DNA of 64,000 nucleotides from Camelus ferus (lineage: Eukaryota), in assembly GCF_009834535.1 (NCBI RefSeq), contig NC_045696.1, positions 99,698,001 through 99,762,000 of the forward strand. Reading direction: 5' to 3'. A program made the position numbers and the translations under genes. A model generated the notes under the pieces. The model had not been told where the DNA came from and did no database searches. It saw only the letters and a list, made by a program, of their open reading frames with translations. Below, in pieces: positions 26,301 to 40,300 of the stretch (position 1 is its first letter; every line of letters starts with the position of its first letter).

Positions 26301-27479
26301 GATATTAGTTCTGCTAGGGAGTCAGTCACTTACAAGAATGCTCAAAATTTGGTGTAATTTGGGGACTGGAACTAGGCAGAAGGGTTCCGGGTTGTGGTGC
26401 TGTCAGGGCTGTTTCCTCGCTTTGTGTTTTGTCTACCTTTTCTCTTTCCCTGTTATAGAATATGATGTGAACCCTTATTATTTAAGTGGAGCAGGGCAGA
26501 CGTTACGCTGGGCACCTTATTTCACTTAAATCCAGCAAGAAGCCTATGATGTTCATGTGGTGCTATTTACTCATTGAATTTGAAATTACACTGGAGGCGA
26601 AGTTTAATTTGAAGCAGTAATACATTAGGCTTAGTAAATAATTTAGGGAGCCCCGTGAGAATGATCTAACATGCCAGCACCCACTTGTACCATATGTATG
26701 GTCAGTATTACTTTCTGTTAGAGACTCATGATGAGATTACAGAGAAATTAGAAACTAATTAAGCAGATAGAACCAAACTTTTCACTCCCTGGTCCATTAT
26801 ATGCAGCCTATTACTCCTCCAGGAGCTTCTTAAACTTCACTTTAACAAGCTGGAAAGACATTATGAAGATGAACGTATCAACGGTTCTAATACATATTTG
26901 CATATGATTAACAATGCGAGAAGAAAACGCTCTCAGTACTGTACTTGGTCCTTTTCCTTCTGAGATATCTCTTCCCTGCCTATTCATTGGTGAATGATAA
27001 GATCACTTTGTACATTAAACTATCTCTAATATTGAAAAATTAGCTTAAGAAAGTCTGAATGAAAATAGAAAGCCATCTGCATTAAGTCGATTCTACATTT
27101 TTAAAAGATGCAGTTTAGGTTTTCTTTCAAATATATTCAATAATGAATCGGCTAACACAGTTAAGACCTCCTTCTGAGCTCCCGCCAATGAGTGGATCAA
27201 ATTCATGTGTAACTGGCATCTCTTGGCTCATCAATAACTAAAGGGCTAACATTCTTAAAAATAGTTTGTGAGTTGAGGTCTAGTGGATCCAGGACTGTAG
27301 TGATCATTAAATAAAAAATTAACTTTAATCCTGCTCAGGTTTGGCTAACACATTTTTCCTTTTCATCTCATATGGTAGAGGATTGCAAAAGACACCACAG
27401 GACTCTGGGCTTGGATAGTAATACTGGAGTGGGGACCACAGAAAGCAAGCAGACTACACTGGGTTGTTACTAAGTCCTG

Positions 27480-27830
27480 GAATTTCCACTGCCTTCTCAG
27501 ATGTCTCACATACACCCCTCTTCTTCACCCTCACAGCCTCTACCAGGATCCTGGAAGTATTATAATAATCTCTTCTTCTCCAAATTGGTCTGTCTCTAGG
27601 TTCTTTCCACCACCATCTCCTTTCCACATCAATATCAAAGTTTGTTTCTAAAAAGAGATAATATCAAATTTAACTTCCCAATCTTAAAAAACCACACATT
27701 AACTGAAAAATAAGTGTCTAATTTCGAAGTCCCTAATCTGCATTTCCACTTTAAACTTTCACTACCAGTATCCCTCTCCTCCATGCCTCACCATGTGTGG
27801 CTTGGTCCACATATGCTCTGATCTCTTTAT
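27480..27830 (+). mobile_element. L2 fragment
   Basis: Degenerate 'cctggaagtattataataatctc...aattggtct...cctttccacat...tttctaaaa' L2 pattern. Confidence 0.45.
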
Positions 27831-28692
27831 TTTCTTACCAGCTCTTCCCCTCTTCTCCACTGGGTCCCTGACTTGCCCAGCTCTTAACATTCTCTTTCCT
27901 CTGCTTAGGATATGACCAAACCTCTTCTCTCTCCCATATTATTAAATTTCAATATCTTTAATGTAAAAACAATTCTGTGTTTCTGTAGATTCCTTAACTC
28001 TGAGTAAAATTAATCTTTGATTTCTCTGTCTCTGTTTCTCTCTCCCCCTGCCTCCCTGTCTCTCCCTCCCAGGAATTAATGGATAGGCTGAATTACCTCT
28101 ATCTTCCTATAATACTTTAGCAAGTCATGTTATATGCTGAAGAAAGGATGAAGCAATGTATTCTCAAAAGTCATTTGTCTGTTTGAAGAGTTAAGGACTG
28201 CCCGACCAAATAATAAACAAAGATAAGAGAGTCACAAAGGTAGAGTGATAATAGCATCAGTGACAAGATCTGCTTTCTTGTCGTTTCTATTTCATCCAGA
28301 AAACCAAATTTTTCTTGCAAAGACAGGATTTACTCCCATGCCTACAGTGGGAGCAGTTCAACCACAATAAAATGTTGGCTAAACTGATTCCACTGGGAAA
28401 TGCAAGGGCCCAAGTTATATGCAAACATAACATTTCCAAATCAGTAAAGCTAAAGTTTTCAGTATTCCAACTGTGAGAACAGTGTCTTGTACATAAAATA
28501 AGGCAATGCAAGTAAAGCACTTACTTGGGCTTTCATTGTAGCTGCTATCAAGGCCATCATCACTGTTCTTGCTGATGTTACTTCGGATTCCTCTGCATAG
28601 GCTTAGTCTAATGCTTTCTGCACCAAATATTTTGTGTGAGTTAAAGAATGCACCCATTCCAGAATGGGGTAGCATTTTATAGAAAGAATGCA

Positions 28693-28899
28693 TAGCTGAC
28701 TCTTAAACTGTATGGGACCACTTACACCCAGATTTTTTTTTCAGTACATACATACAGCACCACACAATCCGTGGTTGGTTGAAACCACAGATGCTGAACC
28801 AGGGATGCAGAGGTCAGCCTATGGGATTTGAGCATCCACTGATGTGAGCATCTGCAGTGGGTTCCCAGCCCAATTCCCTGCAGACACCCAGGGAGGCTG
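28693..28899 (+). mobile_element. Tigger2/MER8-like non-autonomous TcMar DNA transposon
   Basis: 'aactgtatgggaccacttacacccagattttttt', 'aatccgtggttggttgaa' and 'gatttgagcatcc...ccaattccctgcagacacccagggaggctg'. Confidence 0.75.
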
Positions 28900-28919
28900 T
28901 TTCTTGCCTTGGCGGATGC

Positions 28920-29200
28920 CACAGATCAGCTGCAGTTTGACTCATCCAGACTGGGCTTGGTTTTATCTCAGTTTACTCCAATAAATCCTCTTTAAACCAA
29001 CAGCTAACCAAGTCATTTTTTTCTCATGAAGAAAGATAGGAAGGTGAGAGGGCAAGTCCAATTTCCAAGCACATTTCAAGCCCCTGCTTTTGTCCCATTT
29101 ACTAATATCTCATTGAAGGCTGCCCAGAGTCAAGCAGCTAGGAAATATAATTCTGCCATGGAAAGGGTGACTATTTGCTAAACAATACAACTATCACTAA
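28920..29200 (-). mobile_element. Old MLT1H/I-like LTR fragment
   Basis: 'ttctcatg...gagagggcaagtccaa...caagcacatttcaagcc...ctaatatctcattg...gcccagagtcaag'. Confidence 0.55.
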
Positions 29201-31469
29201 TCTCACCTGACTCGAGTCAGGCAGTGAACATGCAGATTACAAGTGACTTGTGCATGTTTCCTCTACTCCAGGAAGCTATACCCTGAGAGCCTCTCCCTTG
29301 CTTCTGATTTTAGAGGTGTTCACACCCCTCAACCTCTCCCAACTGATTTTACAGTCAAAGTGAATCATGTCTTGTCTCTAAAGGTTTATTGGCCTTGAAT
29401 CTTGCAATTATGCAATTGTAAAGGGTGCTATGTATGTTACTATATTACTAGTTATTTTTATGAGAAAATATAGTACTATGAACATACATACAAATATGTT
29501 CTACATAATTTTTTTAACTAAATACTATGCATGGCTAATTTGTTATCTATATTATAATGAAACTAAACTGAAAAATTGGAGAAGTTATCAACATAAGTAG
29601 TAAGGATTTCTGGTTAAATACAAGGTAATTTAATCTGTTAAGAATTTTTTCTTATTGTAACCATTAATTTGTTACTTATTTATGGAGAATTTTACTCTCA
29701 ATGACCAAAAACAGTTGTCAAAATGATCAATATATAATTATTACAATTCCATGTGACAAAATTTGACATTAAAATTGTCTTCTGATTCTAAAATTCCTTC
29801 CTATTTTAATAGAAATACACCTAATCTGTTGTCTGCTGTTTTAGGACCTTTTAAATAATGGTTCAGAAAATTAAATTTATATATGTAATAGTCTTACTAT
29901 GGTCTAATTTTTATAAGTAGGCTTAGTGTTTAAATGATGATACAGAATATGCAGGCAAAAGACTATTCTTGAGCCTTTACTAATTTTGTTTAGATGTTAT
30001 GTATAGATTATTGTAGCTAAAGAAGCAGGAATTAATCAACACATCATAGACTCAGAGAATTAAATATCCCAAATAAGAGGAATATATTTCCCAGATCCAA
30101 GACCAAGTAAGTTACCATGGAAAAATATTAACAAAAACCTCATTCAAGAGGATTTCAGACACTAACCTATGCTTCGTAGGATTAGAAGCATAATGGAATA
30201 CAAGGACAATGAGTAAGATTTCATGATTGGGGTTTCATCATGGCTGCAGGTAGGCTCTCGTTTCTTGCGTGCCCCACTCAAATGTGAACTGCAGTGAGGC
30301 ACCGAGGTTTTGGAGGAAACCCTGACAAGTAGGATCAGAACACAAGGGCTGAGTCCTGGATTTGCCTGTAATTTATGATCTGTCACAAAGTGATTATAAA
30401 ATGATGAGACCAGACAGCATATCTTTTGCTTTAAATTTGATCTTTCAACTAAAAACATTACCTTAAGTTTAGCTGTTCTTACTCTAAATGTTTAAATCCA
30501 CTGCTGTTCAAGATTTAAAATTTAATCCAAAGATTCTTTAATGTTATAAAGAAATATAAAATTACCCTAAATTAAAATTGACTAATGGGCATTGGAATAA
30601 CTACAAACGCCTCCAAAATTATGCTTCTTTTAGTTGACATAACTAAAATCATTTCAAGATTTTATTTTGGTTTGTGCTTCAATAATCATTTCCCCATTCG
30701 GAACCCTGAGGAATAGATGAATCAATGAGTTCCAACCACACTGAAATGTTTCAACAGACAGATTTACTTTTACTTTAAAAAGTATGTTCTCTAACACTTT
30801 TTTATCAGAGGTAATGAATTTCTGAAAGGAAATAATACCTTTATAAAATTCCTCAATACCTGACTAGTAGGATCATTTTTATATAGATAAGCCATTTTCT
30901 TTCATCATGAATTATTCATGCACCTACCTTAATTTTAATTACCAACCCAACAGTCTTAAAAATCACACTGTACCTAAAAATATAAACACTATCACACTGA
31001 AGTTGAGAATGCATTATTCTTTATAAATAATTGCTATCATGCTGAGGTTGGCTTACCACCTTTTCCTGTGAAACCACAAAGAGGTTCTGTATGTATGCCT
31101 GCAACATATGCGCATGTTGGTTTCCTCTACCCTTGCTAAAAACAGACCCTCTTGGAAATCTCTTTTTCTGATATTTTTCATCTTGGAAAGTCTATTTGTT
31201 TTACTTTACAGGACCATTCAGTAGTTATCACCACTAAGTAGAAGACTTCTCATCATACACCTTGACTCAGGAATTCATACAGAAGACAAAACTAGGGCTC
31301 CAAGGACCCCAAATCAGAGGTCCTTCTAGGAGTGATAGTAGTTCTAAAGCTCTGGTGTAGCTTGACCTTGGCATTGCCTCTTGCAAAGATAAAGAATGCT
31401 TAAGATTTACACCAGTTTCACTTATTCCATTTATATATCCCTGGGTGAGTGAAATAATTCTTAAAAAAA

Positions 31470-32326
31470 TTTTTTTTATTGAAATGTAGTTGATTCACAA
31501 TGTTGGTTTCATGTGTACAGTAAAGTGATTCAGTTATATATATACATACATACGTATTTTTCAGATTCTTTTCCATTGCATGTTAATACAAAGAATTGAA
31601 TATAGTTCCCTAGGCTATACAGTAGGTCCTTGTTGTTTATCTGTTTTATATATAGTAATATGTGTCTGTTAATCCCCAGCCCTTAATTTATCCCTTCTTG
31701 TCCTTTCCCCTTTGGTAGCCATAGTTTGTTTTCTACGTCTGTGAGTCTGTTTTTGGCCTATAAATAGAATTTGTATCACTTTTTTTAGATTCCACATATA
31801 AGTGATATCATATGATATTTGTCTTTCTCTATCTGACTTAATTCACTCAAAATGATCATCTCTAGGTCCATCCACGTTGCTGCAAATGGCATTATTTCAT
31901 TCATTTTTATGGCTGACTAATATTCCACTGTATAAATATACCACATCTTTATCCAGTCATCTGCTGATGGACATTGAGGTTGTTTCCACGTCTTGGCTAT
32001 TTTAAACAGTGCTACTATTAACATTGGGGTGCATGTGTCTTTTTGAATTATAGTTTTCTCTGGACATACGCCCAGGAATGGGATTGCTAGATCATATGGT
32101 AAGTCTATTTTTAGTTTTTTGAGGAATCTCCATACTGTCCTCCACAGTGGCTGCACCAAATTACATCCCCACCAACAGTGCAGGAGGGTTCTCTTTTTTT
32201 CTACTCTCTCTCCAGCATTTATTTGTAGACTTTTGAATGATGGCCATTCTGACTGGTGTGAGGTGATACCTCATTATAGTTTTGATTTGCATTTCTCTGA
32301 TAATTAGCTACATAGAGCATTTTTGA
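31470..32326 (-). mobile_element. L1 3' end (artiodactyl/camelid type)
   Basis: Poly-T at 31470. ORF 31917-32159 ([22 protein letters not shown]) is the L1 ORF2p C-terminus. Confidence 0.93.
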
Positions 32327-32824
32327 ATGGTGTAGCTCATCTTTCCATGCAAAAGGGAAAACAGGACTGCATACTACATTCCAAGTATTATATATGTAAC
32401 TCTTTCAAATACATCCAAATGAATACACTTCAAATAGCAGTTACCCATATCCTGGTAATAGAGAATACATTTTCAACCTTAAATTTCTAGTTAAACTGTG
32501 AATAAGCTATTAACCATTAGGTAAAAGTTCTCATTGTTAGTGTTTTTAAACATTTATAAGTTGATTATTGGCTGTAGATACACTAGTAACCCTAAGAACT
32601 CAAAGTACAGAATTTCTTTAACTAAGTTAGAATAACCATTTCAGCACTGTTCATAGTAGAAAATGTTCTGAAAAATGTATGTCAAAATGTATGTCAATAC
32701 ACATATCAGGAAGCTCTTATAAAGAATCAAAATGACAGATGAAATGAACAAACTATATCACTAAGTCAGAAAAGCAAATTTCAGAAGAAAACTTTTAGTA
32801 TGGGATTATTTCTGTTAAAATATA

Positions 32825-32985
32825 TATGTTAACCAACTTAATCTTCATAACAACCACATGGAGAAGATACTATTATTATAATACTTATTTATAGATGTGG
32901 TAAATGAAGTATAATGCCCAAGCAACTGGGATTTCAATGCAGGAAATCAAGTATCAGAGTACTATTCTCCTAATCCAGCCACTCA
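32825..32985 (-). mobile_element. MIR fragment
   Basis: 'ttaatcttcataacaacc...tactattatt...tttatagatgtggtaaatgaag'. Confidence 0.55.
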
Positions 32986-35682
32986 CTGTTTTTTTTTTTT
33001 TTTTAGAATAGGGTGATTTCACAGAGTTAATGAAAATGAAAAAAAGAAGAAAAAATTATATATAGCAAGTTTACCAAAATGCAAAATATTTCAACATCCA
33101 ACTTATTAAAAACTCATTTCAAAAATTTCTCACATTGACTTACACCAAAATGTATTTCTGTGCTTTATATTAACTTCAAATCAAACTACTCAAAATAGCT
33201 GAAGTCATTTTTTTTTTTTGGAATGTTTCTGGTTGTAAGTTAGCTCATCAAGTAATAAAATCAACCCTTCTGAAAACAAACAAACAAGAAAAAAAGATGA
33301 GAGATGGCATGAACATGTAAAAACTACCCACTGCTTGTCAACAAGACACACATCTCTTTTTAGCCATTTTTAATATAAAGATTCTACTCTTGGAAAACAG
33401 GTCCTGGACTTGTCAATGCAACATGACAATATGAAAAATATTGGGGGTTTTGTTTCAGTTTTTGCTTACTAATTACTTGGATGATAATTTTCATAGAATT
33501 TTGCAAAGGAGAAAATGAAGCACCAATAAACTCAAACTCTGTAATCAGATCCCTCTGTTCCATTCTGAAGAACTTGAAACCTTTCAGGTGCTTTATGGTT
33601 TGCATCTTTGTCACTTCTTCCGTTCCTTTTGGCAACAGCCCCCAGATACCAACAGCCCCAAATATGCATAGCTATCTATACATTCATTCTTAAATTCCAT
33701 TGCGAAGTAGAAGCATCACCAGTGAGAGGAACAAATGAATTTAGAGAAACAGAGATGTATTTAAATGGTGAAATCACCTATTTCCTACTATAATTTTTAT
33801 GACTATATATTAGGAGCATTCAGTGCATTTTTACCTTGTACTGTCACCTAAAACTGACCACCGACACTATATTTCAATTTTGTCTAAGTCTTTTAAGCTA
33901 TCCTAAATACTGAAGTTGTATAGGAAAATTCCTATGCAACTTAACCCAACAATGTCCTTACTAGCTTGTGAAAAGCAATAAAAAGTCTTTGAACCAAACT
34001 CACCCCCTCCCTTTTTTTTTTTTGTTTGCAGAAACCTTTCCAGGCAATGTCATACCTATTGTATGTATTAGATTCCTTCCTATCATGACTTTGCAAGAAA
34101 TTGATTCCATTTCAAACTACACTGCTATAAACCATGACTGTGCTGGTTATTTGCAACATGTCCAGAGGTGAGCTGGAGCTCACTAAATTAAGGCTTTTAG
34201 AGCCGAATTTTACATATTCAGGAATTTTGCAAGCCTGTTCTTAAACCACTGATAGCTTTAAATGGGCCATGGCTTTCATGATGAAACTCTGCACAGCCTA
34301 TAGAATTAGGGCCTTTCCCCATCTTAGACAGCTATTTTACCAATATGCTGTTGGGTTTACCAGACATGATCATTTCCTAGCAATCCTATCTATTAACCTT
34401 ATTGAAACTGAGAAAGTTGTGTATCACACAGAGACTGTCACCCCCATGCCTTATCACTCTTAGATAAGTGATTGAGCAAAATTATAAAGGATGATCTCAG
34501 GCAGGTTGCTGGAGAAGGAGATTAATTTTCACATCTGTCTTAGGTTTCCCATTGCCAAAAGGTTACTTCTTGTGAAGAAACAGGAGACAGGTCTGCTGAT
34601 TTAAAAATGATCCATCAGGTTGTCTTAAATGTTTCCCTTTTGTTTCAGCTGAGGTATAATTAGTCTATGAGCCGCATATTCACCATATTGCCTTGTCTGT
34701 TCTTTACTCACTTATGCCACCAAAGATATTTTTTTATGAGGCACTATGGAGTCAGAATCAGGTACTTTGCTGCTCAGTTAAAGTTAACTGGGGCCACAAG
34801 TGGTTTTAAACAAGATCTAGGGAACAGATGGGCCAGTAAAGCAGGGCCATGGTGACCAGCCGTAAAAGAATTCCTCCCAGGGTGTCTTAAAAACAGCCGA
34901 AGTATTAGAGGCATTTCCTCTAGAGCCATCTGGCTTTGATTTTTCTAGCTATTTTTTTCTGTTGACATACAGAGCCACAAAGTTAAGGAAGCAATAATTC
35001 TTCTCTAGTTACTGTAACTGCCGATGCAAAACCACCAATGTTTCTAAAGCCACTCATCAAGTATAGGGACCTATCACGCAGAAGAATGTTCTGTGGGTTA
35101 AAAGATTATGTTAGCTAAGGGAGGAGCGGTACAAAATGACACTGTGGTTTAAAGTCAGTGTACATGTTCTTCAGGAGTTCTTATAATTATGGGTTCAAGT
35201 GATGTCAGTTTGTTTTATCCCACCTATAATCGAAGGCCCACTGAATAAGTTTCTATTAATTAAAATCACATTTGTGGGTTTCTACTTCCTAGACCATGTT
35301 TGCAGGAAGCCAAATTAGCAGCCTATTTCATTATAGAAAGAGCTAAGATTGAAGGGAGTAAATAGAGTGGTATAAGAGTTAATATTCTAGTTTGTATTCC
35401 GGTAAATGTCAACTAACTTGAGATGCTAAGCATGCTTACTGTCCTTTAGCCAATGCACAGTAGCAAATGCAGCTATATATATATGTGGCACCCATATGTG
35501 GGACTCTGTCCCTTCTGGTTCACCTGCTGCATTCAGATGTCGAAGATGCAGTTTGGAACTCGGAAAATCTCATTGTCACATAAGCAGACGTGATTCCTTT
35601 AGGATATATCCTCATCCACAATGACCTTAATTCTCAAGCCTTGACTCACAGAGTTTTTTCCCATTCAACATTCAGTCACTTT

Positions 35683-36670
35683 CCAAGGGCTTAATTTCCA
35701 GAATATATAAACAGCTCAAACAACTTAATAAGAAAAAAACAAACACCCCATCCAAAAAAGTGCAGAAGACCTAAACAAGCATTTCTCTAATGAAGACATG
35801 CAAATGGCCAATAGGCACATGAAAAAATGCTCAATATCACTAACTATCAGACAAATACAAATCAAAACTATAATGAGGTATCACATCACACCAGTCAGAA
35901 TGGCTATCATTAAAAAGTCCACAAACAATAAATGCTGGAGAGGTTGTGGAGAAAAGGGAACCCTCCTACACAGTTGGTTGGAATGTAGTTTGACGCAGCC
36001 ATTATAGAAAACAGTATGGAGATTCCTCAAAAAACTAAAAATAGACTTATCATATGATCCGGCAATCCCATTCCTGGGCACATATCTGGAGGAAACCCTA
36101 ATTTGAAAAGATACATACCCCCCAATATTCATAGCAGCACTGTTTACAATTTCTAAGACATGGAAGTAAACTAAATGACATTCGACAGATGACTAGATAA
36201 AGGTTTGGTATATTTATACAGTGTAATACTACTCAGCCATAAAAATAATAAAATAATGCCATTTGCAGCAACATGGATGGATCTGGAGATTGTCATTCTA
36301 AGTGAAGTAGGCCAGAAAGAGAAAGAAGATCACCATATGATATCACTTAAATGTGGAATCTAAGAAGAAGACAAATGAACTGATTTACAAACCAGAAATA
36401 AACTCATGGACATAGAAAACAAACTTATGGTGACTGGGGCAGGGAGGGATAAATTGAGGGTTCAAGATATGCAGATAGTAGTATATATAAAATAGATTAA
36501 ACAACAAATTTACACTGTATAGCACAGGGAACTATATTTAATACCTTGTAGTAACCTATAAAGAGAAAGAATATGAAAAAAATATATGTATATATTTGTA
36601 TGAATGAACTATTATGCTGTACACCAGAAATTGACATAACATTGTAAACTGACTATACTTCAATAAAAAA
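35683..36670 (+). mobile_element. Lineage-specific L1 3' ~1 kb
   Basis: ORF 35798-36007 ([11 protein letters not shown]...[14 protein letters not shown]). 3'UTR ends 'tgtacaccagaaattgac...caataaaaaa'. Confidence 0.93.
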
Positions 36671-37102
36671 AGACAGACTGGCTAAATGGATTAAAACAAA
36701 TACAGATTCATATATATACTGACTACAAGAGACTCACTTTATATCTAGAAACAAACACAGACTGAAAGTGAGGGGATGGAAAAAGGCATTCCATGCAAAT
36801 AGAAATCAAAATAAAGTCAGGGTAGCAATACTTATTATCAGACAAAATAGGCTTTTAAACAAAGACTGTTACAAGAGACAAAGAAGGACATTACATAATG
36901 ATTAAGGGGTCAATCCTAGAAGATATAATGATTGTAAACAGATGTGCCCAACATATGACCACCTCAATACATAAAGCAAGTATTAACAGACATAAAGGTA
37001 GAACTTGACAGTAATACAATAATAGTGGGGGAAATTAACACCCCACTTACATCAATGGACAGATCATCTAAACAGAAAACTAGTAAGGAAACACTGGTTT
37101 TA

Positions 37103-37176
37103 AATGACACATTAGGACGGATGAACTTATTCTCTTATCTTATATATATATTAAGTTCATCCGTCCTAATGTGTCA

Positions 37177-37178
<2 letters not shown>
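37103..37178. repeat. Perfect 27-bp inverted repeat with a 22-nt spacer
   Basis: aatgacacattaggacggatgaactta (37103-37129) and its exact reverse complement (37152-37178). Confidence 0.97.
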
Positions 37179-37179
<1 letters not shown>

Positions 37180-37252
<73 letters not shown>

Positions 37253-37253
37253 T
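37180..37253 (+). repeat. Compound (TA)n(TTTA)n microsatellite
   Basis: Read directly. Confidence 0.95.
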
Positions 37254-37337
37254 AAAACATTCCATCTAAAAAGAGCAGAATACACATTCTTTGCAGGTGT
37301 ACGTGAAATATTCTACACGATGGATCACATGCTAAGC

Positions 37338-37363
37338 CACACACACACACACACACACACACA
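37338..37363 (+). repeat. (CA)n microsatellite within L1
   Basis: Read directly. Confidence 0.93.
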
Positions 37364-40300
37364 AAAAAGCCTTGGTAAGTTTAAGAATTATGACCATGAT
37401 GCCACGAGACTAAAAAATAACTACAAGAAAAAAATGCAAAAACTACAAACATGCAAAGGTTAACCAATATGCCAATAAACAAACAATGGATCACTGAAGA
37501 AATCAAAGAAGCCAAAAAATATTTGGACACAAAAAAGAAAACACAGTGATCCAAATCTATGGAACACAGCATAGGAAAGTTTACAGCCATACAAGCTTAC
37601 TTCAGGAAATAAAAAAAATCTCCAATAAACAACCTAACTTTACACATAAAGGAACCAGAGAAAGAAGAACAAACAAAATCCAAAGTTAGTAGAAGGAAAG
37701 ATTAAGATCAGAGCAGAAATAAATGAATCACAGACTAAAAAACAATGGAACAGATCAATAAAACTGAGAGTTTTTTTTTTAAAAAGATTAAAAACATTGA
37801 TAAAACTTAATCAGCTCATGAGGGGGGGAAAAAAAAGAGAGGGGGCCCAAATCAATAAAATCTGAAATGAAAAAATAAAAAAAGTTACAACCAACACCAC
37901 AGAAATAACAAAGGGTCATAAGAGATTACTACAAACAACTATATGCCAATATAATGGAAAACCTAGAAGAAATAGACAAATCCCAGAAATGTACACCTTC
38001 CCAGGTCTAACAGGAAGAAAATAAAGTATGAACAGACTTTACCAGTAACAAAATTGAATCAGAAATAAAAATATTCCCAGCAAACAAAAATCTAAGTTTA
38101 GATGGCTTTGGGGTGAATTCTACAAAATATTTAAAGAGATAACATCTATCCTTCTCAACCGATTCAAAAATTGCAGAGGAAAGAACACTTCCAACTCATT
38201 CTATGAGAACAGCAGTATCCTAATACCAAAACCAGATAATGATATCACAAAAAAAGAAAATTACAGGGAAATATCACTGATGAACGTAGATGCAAAAGCC
38301 CTCAAAAAATACCTGCAAAACAAATTCAACAATACATTAGAAGGATCATAAATTGTGATTAAGTCGATTTATCCCAGGCATTCAAGAATGGTTCAATACC
38401 TGCAAATTAATCAATACGATACACTACATTAACAAATTAAAGAGCAAATACCATATGACCATTTCAATAGACCCAGAAAAAGTTTTTGACAATATTCAAC
38501 ATCTATTTATGATAAAAACTCTCCACAAAGTGGGTATAAAGGGAACATACCTCAATAAAAAAGACCATATATGATAATATCATACTCAATGCTGAAAAGT
38601 TGAAAGTATTTCCCCTAAGATCAGGAACAAGACAAGGACATTCACTCTCACCACTTTTAATCAACATAGTATTGGAAGTCCTAGCCATAGCAATCAAACA
38701 AGAAAAAATAAATAAATAAAAGGAATCAAAATTTCAAAAGAAGAAGTAAAAGTGTCACTGTTTGCAGATGACATGATACTATATATGACAAATCCTAAAG
38801 ATGCCACCAAAAAACTACTAGAGCTCATCAATGAATTCAGTCAAGTTGCAGGATACAAATTAATACTCAGAAATCTGTTGCATTTCTAAACACTATTGGT
38901 AAACTATCAGAAAGAGAAATTAAGGAGACAGAACCATTTAAAATCACATCAAAAAGAATAAAATATCTAGGAGTAAATTTTATCTAAGGAGGTAAAAGAT
39001 CTGTACTTGGAAAACTATAAGACACTAATGAAAGAAAATGTAGATGACACAAATAGATGGAAAGATATATTAATGTTCATGGACTGGAAGAATTTAACAA
39101 TACTGTAAAAATGACAATATTACCCAAGGCAATCTACAGAGTCAATGCACTCTCTATCAAAATACCAGTGGCATTTTTCAGAGAACTGAGACAAATAATT
39201 TTAAAATTTGTATGGATCCACAAAAGACCCTGAATAGCCAAAGCAATCTTTTAAAAAAGAACAGAGCTGGTGTGGGTATAATGATCCCTGACTTCAGACT
39301 ATACTACAAAGCTACAGTAATCAAAACAGTAAAGTACAGGCACAAAAACAGACACACAGATCATTGGAACATAATAGAAAGCCCAGAAATAAACCCATGC
39401 ATTTATGGTCAATTAACCTATGTCAAGGAAGCAAGAATATACAATAGAATAAAGACAGTCTCTTCATTAAGTGGTGCTGTGAAAACTGGGCAGCTACATA
39501 TAAAAGAAGGGAATTAGAACATTTTCTCACACTATATACAAAACTAAACTCAAAATAGACTAAAGACCTAAATACAAGACCAGCAACCATGAAACTCCTA
39601 GAGTAAAACATAGGCAGAACATAAATTGCAGCAATATTTTTTTGGCTCTGTCACCTAAGGCAAAGGAAACAAAAGCAAAAATAAATAAATAGTACCTAAT
39701 TAAACTTAAAATCTTTTGCACAGTAAAGGACACCATCAACAAAAACAAAAAGAATCTATTGAATGTGAGAAAATATTTTCAAATGAAATAACAATAAAAG
39801 ATTAATATCCAACATATATAAACAGTTTATGCAACTCACACACACACACACACAAAACCCAACCCAATTAAAAATGGGCAAAGACCTGAATTAGACATTT
39901 TCCCAAAGAAGACATACAGATAGATGGCCAACAGACAGATGAAAAGATGCTCAACTATACCTATCATCAGAGAAATGCAAATCAAAACCACAATGAGTCA
40001 TCACTTCATACGTGTCATAGTGGCTGTCATCAAAAAGTCCATAAATAACAAAAGCTGACCAGATGTGGAGAAAAAGGAACCCTTGTACACTGTTGGTGGG
40101 AATGTAAATTGGCAGAACCACTGTGGGAAACAGTATGGAGTTTCCTCAAAAAATTAACAATAGAACTATTTATTTATAATAGCAGCAGCATTATTTATAA
40201 TAGCCACGATATGAAAGCAACCGAAGTATCCATCAACAGATGGATGAATAAAGAAGGTGTGGTGTGTGGAATATTTTGACATTTGCAACAACACGTATGG

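Noticed and set aside
28527..28617. Possible minus-strand exon with a CAA|gtaagt donor
   Set aside because: The acceptor lacks a pyrimidine tract and the one open frame gives an unrecognised peptide.
33144..33269. Minus-strand acceptor/donor pair (126 nt)
   Set aside because: All three frames are closed and it contains an A12 run, so it is probably a pseudoexon.
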